Assembly (NCBI GenBank): GCA_002480485.1
Contig: DLCF01000054.1
Location: forward strand, 10,569 to 74,568
DNA: 64,000 nucleotides
Source: Planctomycetaceae bacterium UBA7805
GTDB lineage: Bacteria > Planctomycetota > Planctomycetia > Pirellulales > UBA7805
Direction: 5' to 3'
The notes under the pieces: generated by a model
The model's input: only the letters and a program-made list of their open reading frames with translations
The model's database searches: none
What the model was told of the DNA's origin: nothing
Part shown: positions 35,330 to 44,580 of the stretch, piece after piece
How the letters are laid out: every line of letters starts with the position of its first letter
Numbering within the stretch: the stretch's first letter is position 1
Made by a program: the position numbers and the translations under genes

Positions 35330-36328
35330 ATGGTTCTAGAACAGTGGGTGCTATTGGCCGCGGATGCTGAAGGAGCTGAATCAAAAAATGCGATCATGGT
35401 TGTGGTCGTTGCTCTCGTGGCACTTATCGCGCTGGTGAGCATTATCGTCCTGATGCTCTACGGCAAACTATGGTTCCGCGCGTACATGTCGGGTGCTCAT
35501 GTAAAAATGGTCAATTTAATCGGCATGACTTTCCGTCAGGTTACACCGCGGGTCATCGTCGAGGCAAAAATTATGGCGGTGCAGGCGGGCCTAGGAACAG
35601 GCGATTCCCGATCGGGTATCAGCACTGACCGGCTTGAAGCACACTATCTGGCACGTGGTAATGTGCCGAATGTGATAAGTGCGATAATCGCTGCTCACCG
35701 CGCTGGTATGGATCTTGACTTCGATCGTGCTGCAGCAATTGATTTGGCAGGGCGTGATGTATTGGATGCGGTGCGGACCAGCGTGTATCCTAAGGTAATC
35801 GATTGCCCCGACCCGCAGAAATCTCGTAAACCGACGCTCAGTGCAATTGCCCGCAACGGGGTTGAACTGCGAATTCGCGCTCGGGTAACGGTAAGAACCA
35901 ATCTGGCACAATTGATCGGCGGGGCGACAGAGGATACGGTGGTCGCACGGGTGGGTGAAGGCATTATCACTTCCATCGGATCCGCCGATAGCCATTTGGA
36001 TGTGCTCGAAAATCCGGATCGAATTTCCAAGGCGGTATTGGCTCGGGGACTCGACGCTCAAACGGCGTTCGAGATTGTATCGATCGATATTGCCGACATT
36101 GATGTTGGAGAAAATATCGGTGCGCGTCTGCAAGCCGATCAGGCAGAGGCCGATACGAGGGTTGCACAGGCAACGGCAGAGCGACGGCGGGCAGAGGCAG
36201 TTGCCCAAGAACAGGCGATGAAGGCCCTAATTGCGGAGAATCGTGCTCAAGTGGTTTTAGCCGAGGCGGAGGTGCCCCGAGCAATGGCCAGTGCATTTCG
36301 TGAGGGCAATTTCCACGCGCAGCCTTAA
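35330..36328 (+). CDS. floA: Flotillin-like protein FloA (UPF0365/YqfA family)
   Basis: N-terminal TM segment, then the SPFH-like core ([32 protein letters not shown]) and a C-terminal Ala/Glu-rich coiled coil. GAGGAG SD. Confidence 0.85.
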   Translation: MVLEQWVLLAADAEGAESKNAIMVVVVALVALIALVSIIVLMLYGKLWFRAYMSGAHVKMVNLIGMTFRQVTPRVIVEAKIMAVQAGLGTGDSRSGISTDRLEAHYLARGNVPNVISAIIAAHRAGMDLDFDRAAAIDLAGRDVLDAVRTSVYPKVIDCPDPQKSRKPTLSAIARNGVELRIRARVTVRTNLAQLIGGATEDTVVARVGEGIITSIGSADSHLDVLENPDRISKAVLARGLDAQTAFEIVSIDIADIDVGENIGARLQADQAEADTRVAQATAERRRAEAVAQEQAMKALIAENRAQVVLAEAEVPRAMASAFREGNFHAQP

Positions 36329-36413
36329 ACGTCGCAATGCCATGCTTGAATTCATCGCGCCTGACGACGTCTCATAAAAACTACCTGCTCACACTCCGTG
36401 CCAGCTAACTAAT

Positions 36414-37154
36414 CTACTCGTCAAAAAGATCGTCAAACGGATCCTCAGAATCATCTTCCTGGGGAGGCTGTGTTTCGATCGGAAGATCTTTTTCGGACTC
36501 TTCGGTCGGTTCGGTGGTGAAAATGTCACCATCATCGGGTGGTGCTGGGTCCTCCGCGTTTTCCTGATCGGTCTCAAGCAACGCGTCATCGTTGGCTTTC
36601 TCTGGCGTTGGTAAATCCTTCATCGCTCCCTCTGCTGGTTCGGCCGCTCGTGGCGTTCCCGGTCGTATCTGCTCCGGCACTGCGTTCCTCTCCCGAAGCA
36701 TGTTTTGGTTACGTAAGTGACGCTCACGCCGAGCGTTAATCCGTGCTCTCTCGAGTCGATAGCGATCGGGTCCCTGTACAGTGAATAACGATTGATCGAC
36801 GAGTTTGGTGAGATTGCCGTCCCCGACCTCCCGCTTTGCTGCCTGATCAAAGTCGCTGGCAGCTTGTTCGGGTCGACCCATTTGCAAGTACGCTAATCCA
36901 CGAAAATAGCGTGTACGGGGGTCCCTATTTCCAATGTCAATCGCCTCGGACAGCCAACGGTGTGCCTCGACATAGTCACCGCGCTTATAAGCGTGAACAC
37001 CATTACCATAGAGTCGATCAAGAATTTCATCTTCCTGAGCCAGCAGTGGGGTCCCGCTCACGACCCAAATAATCGATCCGGTCAACAGGAAGAGGAGATA
37101 TGATTTCCAAAAATCAAGCAGCTTGCGCAACATCGTCGTCGACTCCCTTGGCAT
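36414..37154 (-). CDS. Membrane-anchored TPR-repeat protein with acidic C-terminal tail
   Basis: TM segment LLFLLTGSIIWVV. TPRs include YKRGDYVEAHRWLSEAI and FRGLAYLQMGRPEQAASDFDQA. Confidence 0.6.
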   Translation of the reverse strand: MPRESTTMLRKLLDFWKSYLLFLLTGSIIWVVSGTPLLAQEDEILDRLYGNGVHAYKRGDYVEAHRWLSEAIDIGNRDPRTRYFRGLAYLQMGRPEQAASDFDQAAKREVGDGNLTKLVDQSLFTVQGPDRYRLERARINARRERHLRNQNMLRERNAVPEQIRPGTPRAAEPAEGAMKDLPTPEKANDDALLETDQENAEDPAPPDDGDIFTTEPTEESEKDLPIETQPPQEDDSEDPFDDLFDE

Positions 37155-37349
37155 TGTCGGGGTGGGTGGCAGGTTGGCGAATGCTCAAACCTTAACATTC
37201 ACTGTAGTTAAAGATTTCGCACGATGGCAAAAAAACCGGTGAATAAAGAATTTGTCGACCGAACCAGGATCGGGCCACACGAGGTCACCGAGCGAAAGTC
37301 GCAAATATTTGCTGCGCGTAAGTCATATTCTCACAGTGTTTTACGCCTA

Positions 37350-38015
37350 TCACAACGGTTGATGCGACGATGCCGTTTTGCGACTAACCTTTTGAATGAG
37401 CCGCTGTTCAATGAGCCCAAAAATCTGTCTCGCCACCGATTCTTTTAAACCCTGAAAGGATCCAAGTGATTTTCCGGACGGCTCTAATACTTCCACCGCA
37501 TTAGTGGGGGCGTGCATCGCATTCACGCCGTTGAGAATCATCAGGTCGCAGCTTTTCTTTTCTAGTTTAACCAAAGCTCTTAACCTGGGATCCTCCGTCT
37601 CCAGGGCAAACCCAACGACCCAGCGATTCTCTTTGTGTTTTCCTAATCGAGCGACGATATCCTCGGTCTCGATCAGATGCATTTGCAAAGGATCTCCCGT
37701 TTTTACAATTTTATGCGGCGCAATTTTCTCGGGCCGATAATCGCATGGAGCAGCGACACCGATCATGCCATCACATTGAGGGAACAGCTCGACACATTTC
37801 TGAAGCATTTCCTCCGTTGAAATGACCGAGTGGATTTCAGCCGATTCGGGGTATGTAATCTGTACCGGCCCAGTGACGATCACCACCTGATGTCCCCTTG
37901 CAACCGCTGCTGCAGCGAGCGAGGCTCCCATGCGACCGCTCGATGCGTTCGTTAAATACCGCACCGGATCGAGATATTGCCGCGTCGGGCCTGAAGTGAT
38001 CAAAATCCGTGCCAT
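37350..38015 (-). CDS. coaB: Phosphopantothenate-cysteine ligase (CoaB, stand-alone)
   Basis: ITSGPTRQYLDPVRYLTNASSGRMG and VGFALET, i.e. the DFP C-terminal-domain pattern. Confidence 0.8.
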   Translation of the reverse strand: MARILITSGPTRQYLDPVRYLTNASSGRMGASLAAAAVARGHQVVIVTGPVQITYPESAEIHSVISTEEMLQKCVELFPQCDGMIGVAAPCDYRPEKIAPHKIVKTGDPLQMHLIETEDIVARLGKHKENRWVVGFALETEDPRLRALVKLEKKSCDLMILNGVNAMHAPTNAVEVLEPSGKSLGSFQGLKESVARQIFGLIEQRLIQKVSRKTASSHQPL

Positions 38016-38039
38016 ACCGTGAATCTCAACTGCTACATA

Positions 38040-38579
38040 TCAGCCGAGCTGCTTCTGAATAGCAGCAAAAATTTTTTCCGGTTCCGCCATGCGACCGGTC
38101 CCCACCTGTCGACAACTCAGCCAGCCCTCCTGCGGATCGATGCAGTGGAATCCATCTTTTTTTAACTGTGCAAGATTTCGTTGCACCGCTGGTTTTTCCC
38201 ACATCGCCGCATTCATTGCCGGAGCAATCAAAATCGGACAAGTGCAGCAAAGTGCCACCGCGCTGAGCAGTTCATCTGCCGACCCACCAGCCAGTTTTGC
38301 GAGGCAATCCGCACTCGCCGGTGCGATGCAAAACACTTCCGCCCGTTGGGCTAATTCGATATGTGCACCGAGTGGATAATGACGGGAGGCAAACGTGCGG
38401 GTTGCAACCGGCTTGCCAGTGAGAGCGGCAAATGTCTGGGGCCCCACAAATTTGGTTGCCGCAGGGGTCATCACCACTGTGACTGACGATTCGGCCTGGA
38501 CCAGTTGGCTTACAAGTGATGCTGATTTGTATGCGGCGATTCCGCCTGTGACGCCAATGAGAATTTCCCGGTTTTGCAT
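38040..38579 (-). CDS. coaC: Phosphopantothenoylcysteine decarboxylase (CoaC flavoprotein, stand-alone)
   Basis: ILIGVTGGIAAYKS and APAMNAAMW. Confidence 0.85.
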   Translation of the reverse strand: MQNREILIGVTGGIAAYKSASLVSQLVQAESSVTVVMTPAATKFVGPQTFAALTGKPVATRTFASRHYPLGAHIELAQRAEVFCIAPASADCLAKLAGGSADELLSAVALCCTCPILIAPAMNAAMWEKPAVQRNLAQLKKDGFHCIDPQEGWLSCRQVGTGRMAEPEKIFAAIQKQLG

Positions 38580-38614
38580 CGGTATGCCACCTGCGAGTCA
38601 CCAGGACAGAGTCG

Positions 38615-38878
38615 CTAGAGACTTTCTAGATCCAGTTCTGGAGGGCCACCAGCTGGCTCTTGCTCTTCGGCAATGCGTACATTGGAAGCCTCATCGAGAA
38701 AAATTTTATCCTGAAGTATTTCCTGGACCACGATTTCCATCTTGTCGCCAGTCTTCACATCGACCAGGGGACGACTGCCCCCATTGAGCGCAACCAGACG
38801 TTTCTGAATCAGTGTGGAAAGCTTGAATCGCCCACCCACCTTGTTGACGATTTCTTCCTCTCGCAGTGCATCCAGCAT
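38615..38878 (-). CDS. rpoZ: DNA-directed RNA polymerase subunit omega
   Basis: [32 protein letters not shown], located in the conserved gmk-rpoZ-coaBC neighbourhood. The track start at 38944 adds 22 unrelated residues. Confidence 0.7.
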   Translation of the reverse strand: MLDALREEEIVNKVGGRFKLSTLIQKRLVALNGGSRPLVDVKTGDKMEIVVQEILQDKIFLDEASNVRIAEEQEPAGGPPELDLESL

Positions 38879-38968
38879 AGAAAGCAAACTCCGGAATATG
38901 AGATAAAGGGGATGTTTAGTGTGGCAGTTTACGTGTGCTGCCAAGGCCTCGAAAGGCTCGTTATTTCG

Positions 38969-39598
38969 TTATGGTGAATCAACAGAGTCCGAATCGTACC
39001 GGTCAAGGATCCGACAGAGATCAACGACCGCAGTATCAATCTCGTTATTTACAACCACGTGCCGATAAATGGAAACTGACTCCATCTCTTTACGGGCGAC
39101 CTCAAGGCGCCGCTCAATCTGCGCCTCCGTCTCCGTACCCCGTGCCCTCAGGCGTTCTCCAAGTTGCTCGAGATTTCCAGGCCTGACAAAGATCGTAATT
39201 GCATCAGGATAATGGTCCAAAACCGCTCGAGTGCCTTCGACATCGATCTCTAAGACTACCCAATCCCCGCCCGTGAGCCTAGGGGCGACCTCGCTTTTAA
39301 GGGTGCCGTACCAGTCACCACCCCCGAAAACCTCAAAGCATTCTATAAAATCACCCCGTGCGCGTTTCTCCTGAAATGTGTCATATGAGAGATAGTGATA
39401 GTCTTCTCCTTCGATCTCTCCAGGCCTGGGTGCGCGAGTCGTTGCCGAGACGCTCCACCTCAGCGGCAGTTGGCTGTTGCGAAATACTCTCGCCAATACG
39501 GTCGATTTTCCGGCACCTGACGGCCCGGAAATTATCACCAGTTTGCCGGACTGATCGTTTTCTAATTCGTCTGAGATTGTCATACTTTGTTTGTTCAC
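38969..39598 (-). CDS. gmk: Guanylate kinase
   Basis: ISGPSGAGKST P-loop, ATTRAPRPGE and GEDYHY. Confidence 0.9.
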   Translation of the reverse strand: MNKQSMTISDELENDQSGKLVIISGPSGAGKSTVLARVFRNSQLPLRWSVSATTRAPRPGEIEGEDYHYLSYDTFQEKRARGDFIECFEVFGGGDWYGTLKSEVAPRLTGGDWVVLEIDVEGTRAVLDHYPDAITIFVRPGNLEQLGERLRARGTETEAQIERRLEVARKEMESVSIYRHVVVNNEIDTAVVDLCRILDRYDSDSVDSP

Positions 39599-39615
39599 TA
39601 GCTAACGATCATGAT

Positions 39616-40497
39616 TTATTCAAGATTCTGCACCATTTCCCGAATGCGTTCGATCGCTGCTTTGATTTCAATGACGAACTTTGAAATTTCCGTGTCGTTC
39701 GCCTTGGAGCCGATCGTGTTCGTCTCGCGAAACATTTCCTGAGATACAAATTCCAAGCGTCGCCCGGCGGAATCTGTCGCATCCATCGTTTCGCAGAATT
39801 GTTGAAGATGACTATGGAGACGAACCGTCTCCTCCGAGATATCGCTTCGCTCCGCGAACAGAGCCACCTCACGAGCCACATCACCTGCATCAATACTGGT
39901 GCCGAACGATTCAAGAATTTTTGTAACTCGATCACGAAGGCGCACCGTGTAAGCGCTGATTACTTGAGGGATGCGTTGCTCAATTTGTGTGAGTTGGCTC
40001 TTGATAGTGTTTATATTTTCGAGCATGTCGTTGCCCATCGTCTGACCCTCCACTGAGCGCATATCATTCAAATTTCTCATTGCGGTCTCAAGAGCCTGCT
40101 CTGCCAGCGGTCCTAGCTCGTCGCGGTTAACTTCTGGCGTAGCCTCCTCCACAACCCCGGGAAGGTTCAAAAGTGATCCAAGGGTAAGATGGCCATCCAT
40201 GGGATGCTGGCGATGAAAATCCTGTAACGCTTCTCGATAGGCGTTGAGCGTTGCAGTATTGATTTGAAATGCATTACGCTGATCTTCTGTAACAAGCGTC
40301 AATTGCACGTGAATGGTGCCCCGTTTGATATGCCGTCGCACAATTTTTTCGACCCAAGTTTCATCTTTTCCGACCCGATCATTCGAGCGAAAATTGATTT
40401 TGAGGTAGCGGTTATTCACTGCACGTACCTCGGCAAGCACTGATAATGAAGTGCCGATTGCCTCCGCCTCGCCGTAACCGGTCATACTCAAGAGCAC
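39616..40497 (-). CDS. yicC: YicC/YloC family endoribonuclease
   Basis: SMTGYG N-terminus, and C-terminal EMFRETNTIGSKAND...KAAIERIREMVQNLE. Confidence 0.85.
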   Translation of the reverse strand: MLLSMTGYGEAEAIGTSLSVLAEVRAVNNRYLKINFRSNDRVGKDETWVEKIVRRHIKRGTIHVQLTLVTEDQRNAFQINTATLNAYREALQDFHRQHPMDGHLTLGSLLNLPGVVEEATPEVNRDELGPLAEQALETAMRNLNDMRSVEGQTMGNDMLENINTIKSQLTQIEQRIPQVISAYTVRLRDRVTKILESFGTSIDAGDVAREVALFAERSDISEETVRLHSHLQQFCETMDATDSAGRRLEFVSQEMFRETNTIGSKANDTEISKFVIEIKAAIERIREMVQNLE

Positions 40498-40562
40498 GCG
40501 ATTGTCCCTGCTTGGGTTAAGCGATAAGGGTCCGGAACTGCCGAGGTAGCAAGGGGTAGAGG

Positions 40563-41048
40563 CTACTGGCCACCGGAGTCGGGTACCGCAGGTGTTGCTT
40601 CCTCACGATCGGTTTCCCCTGTTTTCGGAGCCGATGTTGTCGAAGTCGACGAAGCCGGTGCTGTGGTGGCCGCGTTTGATTCCGCACCGGGCGCGTCCGA
40701 GGGTGTGCTCCCGGTAGCCGCTGCATCCTGATCCTGTTTCTGTCCGGTAAGGCTGCTCGATTGTCCCGATTCGGTTTTCGCCGCTCCACCGAGCGTGGAA
40801 GAGAAATCAGGTTCTATGCTTCCGGTCATCAAGCGAACGGCAATCACGCAGAACACAATCCAGAAAAAGGCAGTCCACATCGTTATTTTTGTAAATGTAT
40901 CACCCGCTTTTGCTCCGAAGGCACTCTGTCCTCCAGCACCCCCAAGCGCGCCTGCTAGTCCACCGCCACGGCCGCGTTGCACGAGCACTAACAAGATTAA
41001 AAAAAGGGCAAACCCAATAAGCGTGATAACGATAAAAAACTCTTTCAT
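40563..41048 (-). CDS. secG: Preprotein translocase subunit SecG with long low-complexity C-terminal tail
   Basis: Two TM segments flank [22 protein letters not shown]. About 85 extra S/T/A/G-rich residues follow. Confidence 0.7.
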   Translation of the reverse strand: MKEFFIVITLIGFALFLILLVLVQRGRGGGLAGALGGAGGQSAFGAKAGDTFTKITMWTAFFWIVFCVIAVRLMTGSIEPDFSSTLGGAAKTESGQSSSLTGQKQDQDAAATGSTPSDAPGAESNAATTAPASSTSTTSAPKTGETDREEATPAVPDSGGQ

Positions 41049-41109
41049 TCCTTATGTTCCGTATTTCGTGAGGCAATCAATTTCATTGACATCCACTTTG
41101 CCCATTCGC

Positions 41110-41880
41110 TTACGTTGCGGGGGCAGCAGCGACGATTCCCAAAAAGTCTTCCGCCTTCAAACTTGCTCCACCAACCAGGGCCCCATCCACATCAGGAAGT
41201 GATAACAGTTCTCCTGCGTTGCTAGGCTTGACGCTGCCACCGTACTGAATCCGCACCTTGCCAGCTACTGCCGGATTGTAGCATGCTTCAATCATCATGC
41301 GAAGATCGGCATGGACGCTCTGAGCTTGCTGCGAAGTTGCCACCTTTCCCGTTCCAATCGCCCAGACAGGTTCGTAGGCAATCACAATTTCTTCCATTTG
41401 CGCTGCGGAAACATCCTTGAGAGAACCCTCCATCTGACGTCTTACAACCGCTTGAGTTTTTCCAGCCTCACGCTCCTCGAGCAGCTCACCTACGCACAGA
41501 ATTGGTTTCAGCCCAAGGGCAAGTGCGGCATGTACCTTTTTATTGATTACCGGATCGGTTTCTCCGAGGATATGACGCCTTTCGCTGTGGCCAAGTATCA
41601 CGTGATGGCAACCCATGTCCCCGAGCATCGCTCCACTGATTTCACCCGTGAACGCCCCTTCTTTTTCAAAGTACATATCCTGGGCGCCAAGCGAGATTGA
41701 CGTGCCATTCAAAACCGTCGAAACCGCGTCGAGGTAAACGAAGGGGGGGCAGATGGCGAGATCTACTTTTTTTTCGGTGGAAAATTCGCCCTTCAGGTCA
41801 GTTGCGAGGGCAATGGCCTGCGCGCGATTGAGATTCATTTTCCAGTTACCCGCAATCAATGTTTTTCGCATGCTGCTCAC
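41110..41880 (-). CDS. tpiA: Triose-phosphate isomerase
   Basis: AGNWKMN, ILGHSERR, AYEPVWAIGTG. Confidence 0.9.
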   Translation of the reverse strand: MSSMRKTLIAGNWKMNLNRAQAIALATDLKGEFSTEKKVDLAICPPFVYLDAVSTVLNGTSISLGAQDMYFEKEGAFTGEISGAMLGDMGCHHVILGHSERRHILGETDPVINKKVHAALALGLKPILCVGELLEEREAGKTQAVVRRQMEGSLKDVSAAQMEEIVIAYEPVWAIGTGKVATSQQAQSVHADLRMMIEACYNPAVAGKVRIQYGGSVKPSNAGELLSLPDVDGALVGGASLKAEDFLGIVAAAPAT

Positions 41881-41893
41881 TTGTCAGATTTTT

Positions 41894-42910
41894 CTATGAT
41901 GGATTTTGCTGCATCAGGTTTGAAAGCTCTCGCAGCTGTTTCGCCAACGCGGCATACTGCAAAGGAAGAAGCGCTTGGGGGCCATCGGATAGTGCTTCTG
42001 CAGGTGCATGGTGCACCTCTATATGGACCCCATCCGCGCCGGCGGCAACGCCCGCCAAAGCGCAACTGGGGATGATGTCGGGACGACCCGTAGCGTGGCT
42101 CGGGTCCACGATCACGGGAAGGTGCGACATGGTCTTCAGGGTTGGGACGGCGGCCACATCGAATAAATTGCGAGTTTCCGTATCAAACCCTTTTACGCCC
42201 CGCTCACAGAGAATCACATTCGGATTGCCCTGCGAAAGAATATACTCGGCCGACATTAGAAGATCCTTCAACGTAGCGCTCATTCCACGTTTTAATAACA
42301 CCGGTTTTTGTGTTCGACCTACCTCAGTTAGTAGAACAAAGTTTTGCATGTTTCGCGCGCCGATTTGAAACATGTCGGCGTATCGATCAATCATTTCGAC
42401 ATGCCGCGGATCAAGCACCTCGGTTACCACCGGCATGCCATGCCGCTTGCCCGTGTCCTCAAGAATTTTCAAACCCTCCTCTGCAAGGCCTTGAAACGCA
42501 TAGGGACTCGTTCGCGGTTTGAACGCGCCACCACGTAACACATTTGCCCCGGCTTCGGCGACCGCTCTGCCGATGGCATCCATCTGCTCTGCGCTTTCCA
42601 CCGCGCAGGGGCCGGCGATCATGCCTAGGTGACCACCGCCAAACTTGGCATCTCCCACCCTTATAATGCTCGGTAAGGGATGGGCCTCGGAACTTGCCAA
42701 CTTGAACGACGGGAGTACCGGAACCACCTGTGCAACCCCCGGAATGGCCTCGAACGGGGCGGCTGCGATTTTTTGCTCGTCTCCGATAACACCGATTACC
42801 GTACGATAGGTTCCCCTGCTGAGGTGAGCTTGCAGCCCGAGCGACTCGATACGGTGAATGACATCATCGATCTGCGCGTCCGTTGCTTGAGAGCCGAGAA
42901 TGATAATCAC
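41894..42910 (-). CDS. aroF: 3-deoxy-7-phosphoheptulonate (DAHP) synthase, type I-beta with N-terminal ferredoxin-like regulatory domain
   Basis: [21 protein letters not shown], and the C-terminal VDPSHATGR. Confidence 0.85.
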   Translation of the reverse strand: MIIILGSQATDAQIDDVIHRIESLGLQAHLSRGTYRTVIGVIGDEQKIAAAPFEAIPGVAQVVPVLPSFKLASSEAHPLPSIIRVGDAKFGGGHLGMIAGPCAVESAEQMDAIGRAVAEAGANVLRGGAFKPRTSPYAFQGLAEEGLKILEDTGKRHGMPVVTEVLDPRHVEMIDRYADMFQIGARNMQNFVLLTEVGRTQKPVLLKRGMSATLKDLLMSAEYILSQGNPNVILCERGVKGFDTETRNLFDVAAVPTLKTMSHLPVIVDPSHATGRPDIIPSCALAGVAAGADGVHIEVHHAPAEALSDGPQALLPLQYAALAKQLRELSNLMQQNPS

Positions 42911-43059
42911 GGGACGCCTATGGTGACCTGAAATGAGTAACGCACGGGTAATACCAGATAAAAATATACTGTTTCATGTCACTCTGCGTTATGGGGTAGG
43001 ACGCGTCTGCCATCTGTGATCAATTCGACCCGTGCAAATCCTCAGCGCTGGGCTTTTTA

Positions 43060-44208
43060 TCAGGAAATGGGTGCGCTGGCGGCATAGGATCCCAGGATGT
43101 CGAGTCGCAGTGATTTTTTCCCGAGCGAAGCGATTGCCCGCTTTACTTTTACGTCCTGCTGATGGCCCTGCAGCTCGATAAAAAAGAGATAATCGCCGCC
43201 GGAATCCGGAATCGGGAATGACTCAATCCAACTCAAATTCACTTTGCTCCGTTTGAAGATGGACATCGCATCTGCGAGCGTTCCGGGTCGATGCTCAAGT
43301 TGAAACATGATCGCCGTTTTATCTTTTCCGCTACGCGGGGGCGATTCATGGCTGATCACGGCAAAACGAGTCAAATTTTCCTCGTTATCCTCGATGTTAG
43401 TTGCAATTGCATCAAGACCGTATTGAATACCGGCCTGAATACTCGCGATTGCAGCGGCGCCCGGTTTGTCGCTTGCAACTTGTGCTGCCGTGGAGGTGCT
43501 GGTGACCTCAACGGTGCGAGCGAGCGGCAGGTGGGTTGCCAGCCATCGACGACATTGAGAAAGTGCCTGAGGCCGACTGTAAACCTCTTTGACGTCACCA
43601 CGGTTTCCATGCCCCAATAGATTGTGGTGAATTTGTAACTGGACCTCTGCACTGATTTTCACGGGGTAACGGATAAAGTTATCGAGCGTGTCGGCAATGC
43701 GTCCATCGGTCGAGTTTTCAACCGGGACCAATCCGTAGTCTGCCAACCCTTCGTGGACTTCTTCAAATACAGAACCGATCGTCCCGACCGGTAAAAATTC
43801 CACGGTTTGCCCGAAACGGTGAATGGCAGCCAGATGGCTATAACTGTAGAGCGGCCCCAGAAATGCGACCCGCAACATTTTCTCGATCGCCCGCGATCCG
43901 CTGATAATCTCGCGGAAGATCGCGCGAATGCATTGCTCTGATAGGGGACCCTGGGAAACTTCCACTGCGCTTGAAAGTACTTCTTCCTCACGGCCGGGTG
44001 CGTAAACCACACTCCCGGATGCGTCTTTGATTTTTCCGATCGAGTGCGCAAGTTCTGCCCGCTCATTAATCCGCTCCACAATTTCGCCGTCAAGGCGATC
44101 GATACGTCGACGCAGCGAAGTGAGCGACGGAGGCTTCTTTGCAGCCTTGGGGCGGCCGGGCCGCTTCTTTTTCTGAGCCGGTTTTTTGGCGGTCTTACGT
44201 TTGGCCAT
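43060..44208 (-). CDS. pheA: Bifunctional chorismate mutase / prephenate dehydratase (P-protein) with Lys-rich N-terminal tail
   Basis: CM helix LRRRIDRLDGEIVERINERAELA. PDT is VAFLGPLYSYSH and NLTRFAVI. ACT is the ESFP motif. ATG 44208 has AGGGTG upstream, and the track start at 44259 has no SD. Confidence 0.85.
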   Translation of the reverse strand: MAKRKTAKKPAQKKKRPGRPKAAKKPPSLTSLRRRIDRLDGEIVERINERAELAHSIGKIKDASGSVVYAPGREEEVLSSAVEVSQGPLSEQCIRAIFREIISGSRAIEKMLRVAFLGPLYSYSHLAAIHRFGQTVEFLPVGTIGSVFEEVHEGLADYGLVPVENSTDGRIADTLDNFIRYPVKISAEVQLQIHHNLLGHGNRGDVKEVYSRPQALSQCRRWLATHLPLARTVEVTSTSTAAQVASDKPGAAAIASIQAGIQYGLDAIATNIEDNEENLTRFAVISHESPPRSGKDKTAIMFQLEHRPGTLADAMSIFKRSKVNLSWIESFPIPDSGGDYLFFIELQGHQQDVKVKRAIASLGKKSLRLDILGSYAASAPIS

Positions 44209-44277
44209 ACGCCGCACCCTCGTCTCAACAAAGCCGCGCGTGCGGCGAGAAAACACCATGCAGAAAAGCTTTGCTCA

Positions 44278-44306
44278 CTTGTAGTTGGAGCAATTTGGAC
44301 TGTCAA
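44278..44306 (-). promoter_or_regulatory. Candidate sigma-70-type promoter of pheA (TTGACA-N17-TACAAG)
   Basis: On the minus strand there is a perfect TTGACA at 44306..44301, a 17-nt spacer, and TACAAG at 44283..44278, about 70 nt upstream of ATG 44208. Confidence 0.3.
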
Positions 44307-44580
44307 GAAACTGCCAAATAGGCAGAGTGGTGCATGCGAGCCATATCACCGTGTCAAAGTGGCAGATTGATTTGCTCCGCCAATTCAGTTTGCCTGAACA
44401 GAAAAGGCTTAAGTTGTTTCAAAGCATTTGCTTATGACGATATATGACCAGCTGGCACACGGTTTGCAATATTGGAAACAGCGGTCGGTCTGGTTCGTCC
44501 GTGGGTCCCTCCTCGCATGTTGAGCGGGTCGCTGGGGCAGTGCGATGAGGATGAGAAAGGAAGCAGAAAGGAACACGAGC

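Noticed and set aside
35591-36208. 205-aa antisense ORF inside floA. Similar long antisense or alternate-frame ORFs occur at 43659..44306, 55179..55739, 59157..59645, 23380..23853, 11753..12235 and 6852..7268.
   Set aside because: These are shadow ORFs opposite to, or out of frame with, strongly supported genes. They are Arg/Pro/Ser/Cys-rich with low-complexity composition, no SD and no recognisable motifs.
37350-38579. Split coaC/coaB as a frameshifted coaBC (dfp) pseudogene
   Set aside because: coaC ends with a clean TGA, and 24 nt later coaB starts with ATG and a complete N-terminal motif (ILITSGPTRQYLDP). Both halves are full length, and stand-alone coaB/coaC genes are known in other bacteria.
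44260-44580. CIRCE (TTAGCACTC-N9-GAGTGCTAA) or a sigma-32 promoter upstream of dnaK
   Set aside because: There is no CIRCE half-site in the region, and the only GAGTGCTA-like string in the window (about 16750) lacks a partner. CTTGAAA/CCCCAT-type boxes were not found. An imperfect hairpin (CCTCCTCGCA ... TGCGATGAGG) does not cover the SD.
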